Of a DNA stretch of 64,000 bases, positions 37,075-47,600 are shown in pieces. A program made the position numbers and the translations under genes. The notes beneath the pieces were generated by a model. The model had not been told where the DNA came from. It made no database searches and saw nothing but the letters and a program-made list of their open reading frames with translations. Position 1 is the first letter of the stretch. Every line of letters begins with the position of its first letter. Source of the stretch: a virus; the IMG/VR virus record IMGVR_UViG_2029527005_000001, positions 6,183-70,182 of that record. One strand, 5' to 3'.

Positions 37075-38304
37075 ATGTACACCTTTAAACGCTCGATTAT
37101 TCGCTATGTGACCGGACCTATGGGGTTGATTCCGTTTGATGTTTCGGCCATTCCACTGAATGCTTTTTATAAGTATTTCAAAGAAGCGATCATTGTTATT
37201 GAAGACACGCTGTACAAAACCAATGTGTCGATCAAATACACGGATTACCAGGCCTCTTTCTCTGGTTATGCTGGAACGATTCAACAGTGGCTTGACGATC
37301 ACAAAGCCGATGTACTGAAAACGTATGATGAATTTCCTCAGGAAATCTATCGCACGGTGACGCTGCATGACATTCAATACGAATGGTTTAGTCTGCTGCC
37401 GGGTAACGTGGCGTTGAGCTCACGCGATCAAGACCTCATTAATATCAATGACGCACCTGATATCCGTGTGCACAAAACCAACAACACCGACGTGGATTAC
37501 GCGGATCTGCAGAAATCAACCCTGTGGCTCGCCAACAACCACTTGGTGCGCAGCGTGGCTGACGACAAAAACATCTATCTGGTTGGTGCAGGCAAACATT
37601 ACCAAGTCAACACCAATACCCATGTTTGCTGCATGAACTTCAAAGGTATCGGTGAGATCACGCAAACACCAATTGCGGATAGCGACATTTCATATGTAGT
37701 AGACGGAACATCCCGTCATCTTAAAGTTAAATATAAGGAGGTGCTAAAAGATAAAACGGTGTGGATGGTGATCGGAGGTCGACTCTATATGAGTGACGTC
37801 ATTACCCAAACCGACGACAATGCCGTGGTAATCAATATTACCAAGGTAGACTGGTTCGAGAAAATCTTTACCAGTCGTGGCTGGATTGATCTCAGTGGTG
37901 TAATCAAGAAAGACGTTGTGGCGGTGGGTCCGGAGTTCTTCCAAACCGAAGAGTTCTTCCGCAACCTGTTAACTGACACCTCATCCTTCTTTGTGGTCAT
38001 TGATAACCCCAACCTAATGGTGACCCATATACCTGTCGGCGAGTATCACTTTCCGTTTACTTACTACACAGAGCGCAAAGACAAACTGCCGTTGCTGCTT
38101 AGCAATGGATTAATGCCCAAATATTCGTTACGTAAACACGTGGACAAACGTTTACTGGACATTGATGCCGGTTTACACAAACGTTTTGTATTCCACTCTT
38201 CCGGGTTAAACAACGGTGGTTTGCATCATGAGGTAACCAACCTTGGTTTCTCAGAACGTTACAACCGTGGCTACCTATTAGAAATTAAAGCCCTATTACA
38301 ATAG
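37075..38304 (+). CDS. conserved virion structural protein (phiKZ-like)
   Basis: ~409 aa from MYTFKRS; inferred from its position in the structural block. Confidence 0.6.
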   Translation: MYTFKRSIIRYVTGPMGLIPFDVSAIPLNAFYKYFKEAIIVIEDTLYKTNVSIKYTDYQASFSGYAGTIQQWLDDHKADVLKTYDEFPQEIYRTVTLHDIQYEWFSLLPGNVALSSRDQDLININDAPDIRVHKTNNTDVDYADLQKSTLWLANNHLVRSVADDKNIYLVGAGKHYQVNTNTHVCCMNFKGIGEITQTPIADSDISYVVDGTSRHLKVKYKEVLKDKTVWMVIGGRLYMSDVITQTDDNAVVINITKVDWFEKIFTSRGWIDLSGVIKKDVVAVGPEFFQTEEFFRNLLTDTSSFFVVIDNPNLMVTHIPVGEYHFPFTYYTERKDKLPLLLSNGLMPKYSLRKHVDKRLLDIDAGLHKRFVFHSSGLNNGGLHHEVTNLGFSERYNRGYLLEIKALLQ

Positions 38305-38312
38305 GAATCACT

Positions 38313-38795
38313 ATGACTGATCAAGTCGAGAATGCCGTTGAGAACGCCGTGCAAGGTGCGGTCAGATCCCGTTTACCCATTGTGGCTAAATACGGGGTGT
38401 GGTTGTTTGTAGTGGCGATCAGTATTGCAAGTTTACTGCTTAGCGGGATTGCCTGGCAGCGTAGTAAGATCGACAACAACACGTTGAAAAGTATCAACGA
38501 TATAACAACACGTCTGGAGCGAACTGCGGAACGCCTGGACGCACTCAGTAACAACAGCAACGCGTTTAACCGTTCGCAGAGTGATTATCTGCATAACAAC
38601 GACCGTCAGTTGCAGGGGAACTACGATGCTCTCTCTAAAAAGTTTGGCGATTTCACTCTTACTCCTGATGACGGCACTAACGGTTGGTTGTTCTCACAAG
38701 ACAACCGTGTCGGAAGCCAGCAACCAGCTGGAGATCAAAAGTCAGGAGATTCTGATAAATGGCTACGTGAACAAAGTGGTAGCTCTAAAGGCTGA
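38313..38795 (+). CDS. putative inner-membrane spanin (i-spanin, Rz-like)
   Basis: One N-terminal TM (VWLFVVAISIASLLLSGIAW) followed by a coiled coil; overlapped by a lipoprotein gene. Confidence 0.7.
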   Translation: MTDQVENAVENAVQGAVRSRLPIVAKYGVWLFVVAISIASLLLSGIAWQRSKIDNNTLKSINDITTRLERTAERLDALSNNSNAFNRSQSDYLHNNDRQLQGNYDALSKKFGDFTLTPDDGTNGWLFSQDNRVGSQQPAGDQKSGDSDKWLREQSGSSKG

Positions 38796-39081
38796 CCTGG
38801 CGGATGTGGCGCCTGAGCTTGAAGTTCAGAACAACCCACAGCCCACGTCGGTTCAGCCCGAGCTCTCTGCGTTCTTAGCAGCTAATGATTGTAGCACAGC
38901 GGCTGATAAAGATGCGTGTTACGTCAGAACCAAACTGGTGCTTATCAAGATGAGTCGTCGTATCGATTATCTTGCCAGTCGCCTGTACGTGGCAAAAGGC
39001 ACCGTGAACAATCTCGTGACTAACATCAATGAAGTTATCTCGGGCTTGGACAGTGTAAAGCTGCAAACAAAAAAGAAATAA
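38626..39081 (+). CDS. putative outer-membrane lipoprotein spanin (o-spanin, Rz1-like)
   Basis: MLSLKSLAISLLLLMTALTVGC lipoprotein signal after AGGGG, starting inside the i-spanin in another frame. Confidence 0.7.
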   Translation: MLSLKSLAISLLLLMTALTVGCSHKTTVSEASNQLEIKSQEILINGYVNKVVALKADLADVAPELEVQNNPQPTSVQPELSAFLAANDCSTAADKDACYVRTKLVLIKMSRRIDYLASRLYVAKGTVNNLVTNINEVISGLDSVKLQTKKK

Positions 39082-39089
39082 AGTAATTA

Positions 39090-39119
39090 CTACTCTACTC
39101 CCTTGCGGGAGTAGAGTAG
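39090..39119. terminator. bidirectional terminator (CTACTCTACTCCC family)
   Basis: CTACTCTACTCCC-TTGC-GGGAGTAGAGTAG between convergent genes. Confidence 0.8.
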
Positions 39120-39185
39120 CTTTATTGTTATAAACCACTACCTAACCTTGGGTATTGTCAAGGCTATTGTAAAAGGTAGAGGGTA

Positions 39186-39713
39186 TTACTTTACCGAGAT
39201 CCACGTTTGGCTCGTGGCATCCCACAGATCCCCTGGTGAGGGCTGTGGCGTGGTGACGCGGATAAAGCCAGCGTCAGATAGGTCGGTGACATCCGTGACA
39301 GTTAAGAAGGTGCGGGTTTGCGCATTCCACCAGTAAAAGCCCGTGGTCTGTTGAGCAGGTGGTTGAGTACCGAGACGACGCATAACGATACTCTTGGCCT
39401 TTTCACCCAGACCGGTGTTGGACAGAATGGTGGAGATGGTTTTGTTGGCATTGCTAAAGCTCATGGCACAAATGGTCACACCTACTGTCATGATCAAGAA
39501 GTGCCATTCACCCGGCCAACCGTGTCCCGCTTGAATGGAGATACGTGTGGTGACGGCATCCATGTACGCAATAAGGCACATGGTAAACACTGACGTCATG
39601 CCACACAGGTAACGCACCACTGCTCCCCACTTGCCAAAGAACTGGGATTCAAGTCCCGTGCCTTTGGGTGGCAGAGAGCCCGGTGGTGGTACACCGGTTT
39701 CTTGTGTAGTCAT
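39186..39713 (-). CDS. two-TM membrane protein, holin candidate
   Basis: TM1 VRYLCGMTSVFTMCLIAYM and TM2 WHFLIMTVGVTICAMSFS; convergent with the spanin pair. Confidence 0.45.
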   Translation of the reverse strand: MTTQETGVPPPGSLPPKGTGLESQFFGKWGAVVRYLCGMTSVFTMCLIAYMDAVTTRISIQAGHGWPGEWHFLIMTVGVTICAMSFSNANKTISTILSNTGLGEKAKSIVMRRLGTQPPAQQTTGFYWWNAQTRTFLTVTDVTDLSDAGFIRVTTPQPSPGDLWDATSQTWISVK

Positions 39714-39726
39714 AAGTACAAAACCC

Positions 39727-40332
39727 CTAAGCCGCTTCCAGTATTTCCTGGAAATCTTTCTTTATAATTTCGCACTGGAACAAGGTAATAGCCACAGAGT
39801 CCGATGAGTGTTCATCGATGTCTGTGAGATCAATGCCGTTGTGATCCAGATCTTTGTAGTTCAGTACACCCTGTTTGACATCTTCTTTGGTACTACCAAT
39901 GAAGTAGGCACCCACGGTTTCTTTAGCCAGGTTAGGAAGCACGTAGATCAGGTGACAAGGTTTGTCCGCACTGTTACACGCCTCACGAAGTAAACTCACT
40001 GCTTGAATGAGTTGTTTAAAGGTGCCCGGCGAGACACCCAGGAAGTTATCTTCACAGATGGTTACGTCTGGAAGATACAGGTTAATGATTTCCTTTAAGG
40101 CTCGACTCAAACCGTAACTGCGGGCCAGCACGCTGGTTGCATTGGTGTCATCGAACTGTTTTGGAATATCATATTTAACCTGCTCCCCCTGAATGGTATT
40201 AACGTAACGCAGCTGTAATTTCTTCCCCGCCACCAACGGAATGTCGATGATGCAAACACCCATGTTAGTGGTCGATGGATCTATCCCGAGAACGCGAATA
40301 AATCCCGCCGCTACTGCGGAGCGAGAAAACAT
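39727..40332 (-). CDS. ruvC: RuvC-like Holliday junction resolvase
   Basis: RVLGIDPSTTNMG, CEDNF, KEDV and DEHSSDSVAI. Confidence 0.88.
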   Translation of the reverse strand: MFSRSAVAAGFIRVLGIDPSTTNMGVCIIDIPLVAGKKLQLRYVNTIQGEQVKYDIPKQFDDTNATSVLARSYGLSRALKEIINLYLPDVTICEDNFLGVSPGTFKQLIQAVSLLREACNSADKPCHLIYVLPNLAKETVGAYFIGSTKEDVKQGVLNYKDLDHNGIDLTDIDEHSSDSVAITLFQCEIIKKDFQEILEAA

Positions 40333-40940
40333 ATTAAGCCTTGATGTTGTCCACTTTGAATTTGAATGACCACGATGAAATTCACCTGGCCGGTAATGTC
40401 GAGTTCCTCAGGCGCATCTTGCGAGGGGCCTGCATACACCAACGTGAACTTTGCCGTAGAGTACTCGGCAAACGAGCTGTGCTGCCATACCGGTGTTTCA
40501 GTATAGAGGTTCAACAGCTTGCTGAGCGTAAAGCCCAGGTCATTGGTGGGATTCATGGCGTCATACTGATAGCCATTGGAAAACGATTTAAAAATGTCCA
40601 GCTGTGCTGCGTCGTACACCAGTACGGATTTCGCTAACCAGTTACGGTCGTTTACCGCACCAAAGGTAATGGTGGGCGTGTTGCCGGAAACCGGTTCCAC
40701 TACCGCAGATCCTGACGCATGGTTCACAAACTGAGTAATGAGTTCCCCGTCCAACCCAATGAGATCGAACTGGAGCAGGCCGGTGCTGTTTGAACGATAA
40801 ACTTGCGACCCCTTATAATCTTCCTTGTTAAGTGCAAGATTATAAAAGTTCTTTACAAGCCGTACAACATCGGCAATGCCCTGTCCGTTCTCAATTGGAA
40901 GATGTGGGGAGTTTAACAGAAACGCTGGAACTCCCGACAT
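40311..40940 (-). CDS. conserved hypothetical/virion protein
   Basis: 209-aa ORF in the structural operon. Confidence 0.6.
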   Translation of the reverse strand: MSGVPAFLLNSPHLPIENGQGIADVVRLVKNFYNLALNKEDYKGSQVYRSNSTGLLQFDLIGLDGELITQFVNHASGSAVVEPVSGNTPTITFGAVNDRNWLAKSVLVYDAAQLDIFKSFSNGYQYDAMNPTNDLGFTLSKLLNLYTETPVWQHSSFAEYSTAKFTLVYAGPSQDAPEELDITGQVNFIVVIQIQSGQHQGLICFLAPQ

Positions 40941-40942
40941 AA

Positions 40943-41890
40943 TTAGCTCCCGGTGGTAGAGGTAGTGGAATCAGACGCCAGCAGCAGTGGGTCACTGTTA
41001 CCGTGGTCAAAGCGCAACGTGATGCCTGAGTTACCGCCGGCAGAACGTCCGTCTTTCTCGCTCAGGAAGTGCGCCGGAATCATGCTCAGTGCTTCGTCAT
41101 AACGAATCTTGGCGCCGCCAGAGATATCGCCCTGCACCTGAGTATCGATGCCCCACATTACCGCGACTTCATTAATAGAAGCTACAGACGGGTCACCAAA
41201 CACGATCTTACACGCGTTCACAATCTCGGCGAGCTCATTGGCGTCGAGAGAGCAGTCAATGATCGCAGAGCCCATGACGTAGCGCTTGGCGACCGGCACC
41301 GTGCCGTTGCTGGTGTAGTTCAGTGGTTCCGGATTCATCAGGTCATCTTTGAGATGAATGTACGGATCCTGAATCACCTGGCTGTTGCCAGTGTCTTCAT
41401 CAACTTCAACCAGCAGCTCGTGCGGATTGTAGTCATCGAACTTGGCGACCTTGGCCCAGTAAACCGCATAGGCAACGTCGTTGTACGTTCCCACTGTACG
41501 ACCGCGGTACTTTTTGCGGGTCTGTTCATCCAGGTCGTTATCGAGCGGACGAGCAATCAGCGGGCACAGCACAAACAGGCGTTGGTCAATCGGCTGGTGA
41601 CCGTTAACACGCATGGAGGACAGGCCGTTAGGCAGCATGCCGTAGCAGTTGCTGCCGCGCAGGCCGTAGGTCACATATTTCAGTTCGAAGTCACGTGAGT
41701 TCTTTTGACCCAGCGACTCATCGCCCCACAAACCCAGGTATTCGTTCAGCGTGGTGTACTTCGGCACAGTGATCGGCTGTTTGGTTGCCATACATTTATA
41801 CAGCAGCCCACCCAGCGAGTTATTGGTAAAGATTTGCGTGGGGTTATCAGACCGTGCCTGATCTTGTAGTTCAGCACTTGACAGCGCCAT
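40943..41890 (-). CDS. virion structural protein (phiKZ gp127-like position)
   Basis: 315 aa; YTTLNE.LG and EIVNACKI.FGD..A.INEVA motifs typical of this conserved family; synteny. Confidence 0.6.
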   Translation of the reverse strand: MALSSAELQDQARSDNPTQIFTNNSLGGLLYKCMATKQPITVPKYTTLNEYLGLWGDESLGQKNSRDFELKYVTYGLRGSNCYGMLPNGLSSMRVNGHQPIDQRLFVLCPLIARPLDNDLDEQTRKKYRGRTVGTYNDVAYAVYWAKVAKFDDYNPHELLVEVDEDTGNSQVIQDPYIHLKDDLMNPEPLNYTSNGTVPVAKRYVMGSAIIDCSLDANELAEIVNACKIVFGDPSVASINEVAVMWGIDTQVQGDISGGAKIRYDEALSMIPAHFLSEKDGRSAGGNSGITLRFDHGNSDPLLLASDSTTSTTGS

Positions 41891-41899
41891 AAAAACTCC

Positions 41900-42289
41900 T
41901 TAAGCGGTACGCAATATAAAAGATTCGGCAAAATACATAGAATCCAGGGACATCATCACCTGTGCACGTTTAGCATCAATCACATTAATAAATGCTACGT
42001 CTTCAGGCTTTAATCCCAAGCTGGTTCGGCGATTAATAAAGTTAGCCACCGTGACTTCAGTTAACGCAGTGCCTGATGGAAAAGCCCAGTCGTTAAAGGT
42101 CGACGTATCATACTTCTTCAACGCCCAGCTTTCAGGAACCGGATCCAGTGGGGTATACACGTCAAACACGGCTTGGTATTTTTCATTGACGTCACGGTAG
42201 ATCAACCAGATCTTTTCAATCGTGGTTTTATCCGTAATGCCTTTTTCAAGCACGTATTCCCGTTTCGCTAAAACAAGATCTACATTCAT
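41900..42289 (-). CDS. small virion-associated protein
   Basis: Start MNVDLVL at 42289, ATGA-coupled to the upstream baseplate gene. Confidence 0.6.
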   Translation of the reverse strand: MNVDLVLAKREYVLEKGITDKTTIEKIWLIYRDVNEKYQAVFDVYTPLDPVPESWALKKYDTSTFNDWAFPSGTALTEVTVANFINRRTSLGLKPEDVAFINVIDAKRAQVMMSLDSMYFAESFILRTA

Positions 42290-44622
42290 TTCGTTGTCCC
42301 CAGTAACCCTTTCAGCGACCATGGAACACCCGTAGAGGTATTGGTGTCCAGTTGTGCTAAAATGCCGTAATAAGTATCCGGTATAATCAGCAGGTCATCT
42401 TCAGGATCACCTAACTCACCGTAGTACGTATCAGGAATAATCAACAGCTCCGGTTCGCCCGGGTCAGCCAATTCACCGTAATACGTTGGCGGAATAATCA
42501 AATCGCCAAACGGAATGTCTTCGGCATTAACCGTGACAAAGCTGGTATCTGGAATACGCAGAGCAGAAAGCGGAGTAATGTCTTTGCTGTGATCCAACCG
42601 CAGATGTGTGGTATCGCGGAAGCGTGCGGTGATAATCGCTGACGCTTGATCAAGCTTGGGATGGGTAGTGTCAGGAAGACGAACTTCTAACTCGGGTTTC
42701 GCTGTTAACGTTAATGCATGGTTGAGCTTGAGCTGAACATTAGAGAGATCGGCTTCAAGCTGATGACCCAAGCCTAAATAGGCGGAATCACCCATGCTGT
42801 TCTGCGACAACAACTCAATCACATCCGTACCGTCATCCATGGTTTTAATGGTGTGGACGGTATAAGAGCTCAGCTTCATCATGAGATCAACGAGATCGTT
42901 CTGAATGCTGCGCAGTGATGGGTTGTTGTTGAGATCCCAACCAGTAAAGGTTTTAAAGATCACCCAAGCCAGATTAGTAAGCTCTTCGTAGTTGTAGTCG
43001 TCAAAGTCCAGCGCATACTTCTGCAAGAAGCGCAGATAACTGTGATCGTCTACCAACGAGATCTCACCGGTTTCGTACATCAGCGACGTAGCGTTCTTAA
43101 CAGCAGCATGAGTGATTTGATCACCGTAGGAGCTGTAGAGCTTACGATGCTTCCACATCGCAATATAGATGCTCTTAGAAACGTTTAGCAGTTCTTCTGA
43201 CGACCCCACGGAAACAATGTCAACAAACTGATCGCGGATGCTGTTAGCTACGGCATCAGTGATGTATTTGCTTCCTAATCCCACGCGACGTAACTCTTTC
43301 ACTGTGGGCGGGGTTAACCGCATCACGTTGTGATAGAAAGCGTTTTCAATGGTTTCCAGTTGGTGACCAGCAGCCAGGCGCGTGATGTAACGCCACAGGG
43401 TAAATGCATCCTTGGCATCCAGGCGCAGCAGACGACCATCTTTGGGATTCACCACCGCCATGTTAACCTGATAGACGCCTTTACCTGCCAGGTAGATCCA
43501 CTGGTTAAACACCACGGTCATCATGGTGTCGCTGTGACGGTTGGTGTAGTCCGCCATCTCAGATTCCAGCACCTTGGTCGGCAAGTCATTGTGTAAACTG
43601 TACGTGCCTTCGAAGTTTGCTTCTTCCTGATAGATAGAGGTCATCAGGGTGTTGTCCACCGCCATCGGGCGTTCTTTCTCAATGAGCTTCTCAGTGTTGA
43701 AGTAGACCGGCGTGATTTGCTTGTCTTCGTTCATGTTTAACTGAGTTCGCTTCCACTGAGGCGTGGGCACCAGATCCTCTAACTGTTTCTGCGTGTTCAA
43801 CACCATCTCATATTTCGCGATGGGAATCTTCCGCATAGTCAGCAGCTTTTCCATGAGTTTATCAAACGTAAACTCTTTACCGGCGTTGTTGTTGATCCAC
43901 TCAATGTTGCGGTGTAACCACATCACCTGTTCTTGGTTCAGTGAGTTCTTATAAACAGAAAACTCACCGAATGAATCAATGTGACTCCAAATATAGAAGT
44001 CATGCGCGTGTCGAGTCTTAATAGCCTGGAAACGCGTCAGGTGTATACATTGAGTAATGCCGGCATAAAGCTCTACCACCATCTGGTGAAGCATGAGGTC
44101 TTCAGTGACGTGGTATTCGTTTTCGAACATTGCAGGAGCGTTGCCGTTAATCCAGCGCTGCACCTGAGGAATCAGCTGTTCTTCATTCCACAGAACCAGA
44201 CTCTCATTATAGCGAAGAATCTTATAGTTCGGGGCGGCAATAGAAACATCATATGTAATCGGAAACAGAATTCCGTTAATTAAAACGGTCTGTCCGTCAT
44301 AGGTTTCAGTCAGGCGCTTATACAGGTCGCCGCTCTTTAGATACTGACGGTAGGTGAGAAGATGCTGAGCCATCGTCTCTTTGGTAAACGGTATCTCTTC
44401 ACCAGTGTCCAAGGAAATCACCGTCATGACTTCATCAGTCTCGTGGTAATCCCCGTTTAAATTCATGTAATAGCGCCAAGTGCGCTTGTCATTAAGAACG
44501 GTGTGTCCGGCCTTTTCCAACACTTGATTCTCACGCTCTGCAATGGCTTCTATCTTTACCACCATTGTTCGAGTGAGTTGGAAAGTGTCGGAATAGAAAT
44601 TATCGAGATCTATTCTATTCAT
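42286..44622 (-). CDS. baseplate protein (phiKZ gp128-like) with C-terminal tandem repeats
   Basis: Probable start MNRIDLDNFY at 44622; TWRYYMNLNGDYH motif; head-to-head with the portal gene as in phiKZ-like phages. Confidence 0.7.
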   Translation of the reverse strand: MNRIDLDNFYSDTFQLTRTMVVKIEAIAERENQVLEKAGHTVLNDKRTWRYYMNLNGDYHETDEVMTVISLDTGEEIPFTKETMAQHLLTYRQYLKSGDLYKRLTETYDGQTVLINGILFPITYDVSIAAPNYKILRYNESLVLWNEEQLIPQVQRWINGNAPAMFENEYHVTEDLMLHQMVVELYAGITQCIHLTRFQAIKTRHAHDFYIWSHIDSFGEFSVYKNSLNQEQVMWLHRNIEWINNNAGKEFTFDKLMEKLLTMRKIPIAKYEMVLNTQKQLEDLVPTPQWKRTQLNMNEDKQITPVYFNTEKLIEKERPMAVDNTLMTSIYQEEANFEGTYSLHNDLPTKVLESEMADYTNRHSDTMMTVVFNQWIYLAGKGVYQVNMAVVNPKDGRLLRLDAKDAFTLWRYITRLAAGHQLETIENAFYHNVMRLTPPTVKELRRVGLGSKYITDAVANSIRDQFVDIVSVGSSEELLNVSKSIYIAMWKHRKLYSSYGDQITHAAVKNATSLMYETGEISLVDDHSYLRFLQKYALDFDDYNYEELTNLAWVIFKTFTGWDLNNNPSLRSIQNDLVDLMMKLSSYTVHTIKTMDDGTDVIELLSQNSMGDSAYLGLGHQLEADLSNVQLKLNHALTLTAKPELEVRLPDTTHPKLDQASAIITARFRDTTHLRLDHSKDITPLSALRIPDTSFVTVNAEDIPFGDLIIPPTYYGELADPGEPELLIIPDTYYGELGDPEDDLLIIPDTYYGILAQLDTNTSTGVPWSLKGLLGTTK
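42358..42503 (-). repeat. three tandem ~18-19-aa repeats LIIP(P/D)TYYG(E/I)L
   Basis: DLIIPPTYYGELADP / ELLIIPDTYYGELGDP / DLLIIPDTYYGILAQL. Confidence 0.9.
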
Positions 44623-44647
44623 TTTGTTTCCAAAAAAGAGGCTAATA

Positions 44648-47600
44648 ATGGTCCAAAGTCGAGATATGACCAGAGGCAACACCCGCGCACAGCTTTCTCG
44701 CTTGCGCGATAAGGTGAAATCGGTTAACCCCCTGGTCGCAGCAACGCTTCGCAATGCTGTACCAAAGAACGGACGCTCCCCGGAAGCAAACGAACTCACT
44801 GCGGGAAATGAGCGTAATGCGATTATGCCGCACAAGCTCGAACGCATAAGCAACATCATTGCTAACAACATTAATGCCGCGCATGACCTGCGTGCAATTA
44901 CGCCCTATATCGACCGTGCTGAGCTGATCTGGTCTTCGTTGCTGCTGTATCCCAACGGGAAACAGAAAAATATCCTGGACTACTCGACGCGGGCATCTCG
45001 TTACAAAAATACGCCGTTGCATACCGCATTATTAAAGGTTTGGAAAGATTACTTTACAAACGACTATAAAATCGAAGACGAACTGCGCGAACAGATTGAT
45101 GACATGCTCTGGAACACCGGTAGCTATGCCACACTGACGCTGAGCCGCATTTCCTTGGATTATTTGATCAACGGCATGGAAGTGGTAGAGCGTTCAGGTA
45201 GTGAAGATCTGAAAGCTGCTCACACCTACCAACAGTCGCAGGGTAACTTTACCTTTGACCGGACCACGAAGAAACTGCGCGTGATGAACGTCGGTAACTA
45301 CGTGCGTCCTGCGGATGATAAGTCTGATAATGTGTTTAACGTGGCGGGTTTGGAATCTGTCATGGGTTCCATGCAAAACGTTAAAACCTCCAGTCAGCCA
45401 GAGTTTGATATTCTGAAAGGCACACCTCTCGAAGGTACTGGTTTCGATATCACCCTTACGGATAACCCGGCAGTACTGGCGACTAACCTGTTGGCGGAGA
45501 AGCGTAAGAAGTTCAATGAACAGTTCTACGCAGGCAACGAGGACTTTGCATCACTGATTCAAAAGACGCTGAGTAATCAGGATGCGCCGGAAGATGAACG
45601 TGACAAAACAGTTACCAAGCCTGGCGACAAATCGGCCAAGCGTCCACAGCAGCCGAAGTCCAAAACCACCAACATGTCCATGGGCACGCTGAACAGTCTG
45701 CAAAACGAGATCTTCCCTCATCGTCGCGCGGCTAACCAGTTCATGCAGTTTGTGAAACAGGATACTGATTTTGGTGTCCAGAACTACGGCACGCCTATTG
45801 ACTGGCATGTTCCTTCTGCGGCTATCATTCCGATTCATATCAACGGGAATGTGCGTAAGAAGAAAGACTACGTAATTCTGTTTGATCCTGACACCGGTGA
45901 GTTCCTGAACCCGACTACGGATTTCCAGTATTACCAGAGCTCCAAGAAACAGTCTGACAGCATCGGCAACAAGAACCAGCAGGGTAGCTCTAACTCCCTG
46001 ATTGATAACTTGAAGCAGATTCAGCAGGGCAAAGACTGTGACTTCGACATGAGCGAGTTTGCTGAGTTAAGTAAGGGCATCATTATTGAATCCTTTATGA
46101 AGTCAGTGATTTCGGGTCGTTCTGGTACGATCTCTGTGGACCTCGATGAGGAAACCAACAAGATCTTCCTGGCACGTATGTTCCGTGGTCAGGGTATCCG
46201 TGCTCTGTATGTTCCGGGTGAATGCGTAACTTATGCAGCGTTTAAATACAATGCACTGGGTGTGGGTCAGTCGCTGACGCAAGCAGCAAAGATGCACATT
46301 GCGCGCTTAGCAGCAATGGATCTGGCAGATGCCATGGCCAACATGGAAGCCGCACAAAGCTCTAACAAGATGCGTATTGTGCTGAACAAAGATGACCCGA
46401 ACCCAGAGCGTACGATTGCAATGGCTCGTGAAGTCTTCTTCCGTGCTAACCCGCGTTTCTATAACGTGCTGGCAACAAACCAGATGAGTATTCCGGTGCT
46501 GGTTGATGCGTTCCGTGAACTCTCCTTGACGTTGGAAGTGGATGCGGGTGAAAACCCGTACTTGCCGGTTCCTAACATCACGGTGGAGCCTCAGGAGAAG
46601 CAGCACTTCCGCCGTGTGGATACCGATAGTCGCAATGAAGTGTTGAACAAGATCGCCAACTACTTCATGCTGCCACGTAGCTGGTTGGACGTTGCGGATG
46701 AAAACAACAACTTCCAGATTGAAGCACTGAATGAACACCGACTGGTGTACAACCAGGCCTTGAACTGGCAGGAACAGATTGCGGACTTTGTGATTGAGCG
46801 TCAGCGTAAATACGTGCGCGTAAATCAGCCTCTGCTGTTGTCTCTTATCCAAACCATCAACGCCCACAAGAACCTCTGGAAGCCAGACAATAAAGATATC
46901 GAGATCGAAGGTGCAAACGAAGCCGAGAAGATCGAAACTATCCTGGAAGACTTCCTGAACAACATTGAGTGTTCACTGCCGGCTCCTGCGGTAATGGAAC
47001 AGGCGGCTAAGCTCAAAGAGGGTCTGAGCACCGCGGGTGATTTGGTTAACCAGTGGTGGGAAGCCAACGGTAAAGTTGCCATGATTGAGAAAGCAACTGA
47101 AACGTTGAACATCTCGGGCGAATACAGCAAAGAACAAGTTGAGGGCATGGTCAAGGCGTACCTGTATCAGAAGGCGCACAAACTCTTGAACATTCCGTCT
47201 CCGTTTGACGATGCTGTTGACGATCCATCTGGTGGTGGTATGGCGAGCATTGTGGAAAGCGTGGCCACGCAGAACAGTTCGCTTTACGCGTTCCTGGGCA
47301 ACATGGCTATTCGTGATCTTGAAGAACGTACGAAGTCGTTCGGCACGCTCAGCAAGAAGATCGAGAATGCGCTGGAGAAATTCCAAACCAAGACTGGTCA
47401 AAGTCAAGAAGAGGAAACTCCGCCAGCCGACCCATTTGCTACACCAACAGACAATGGCGAAACACCGCCTACTGACGACGCACCTCCGTTAGACGACAAC
47501 GACACGTCGGATCTCAACGTCGATGAAAATGCTGATGATCAGAACCTGGATAACGCACCGGATGATGAGAATAAGCCAGACGATGAAAACAAGGATGATG

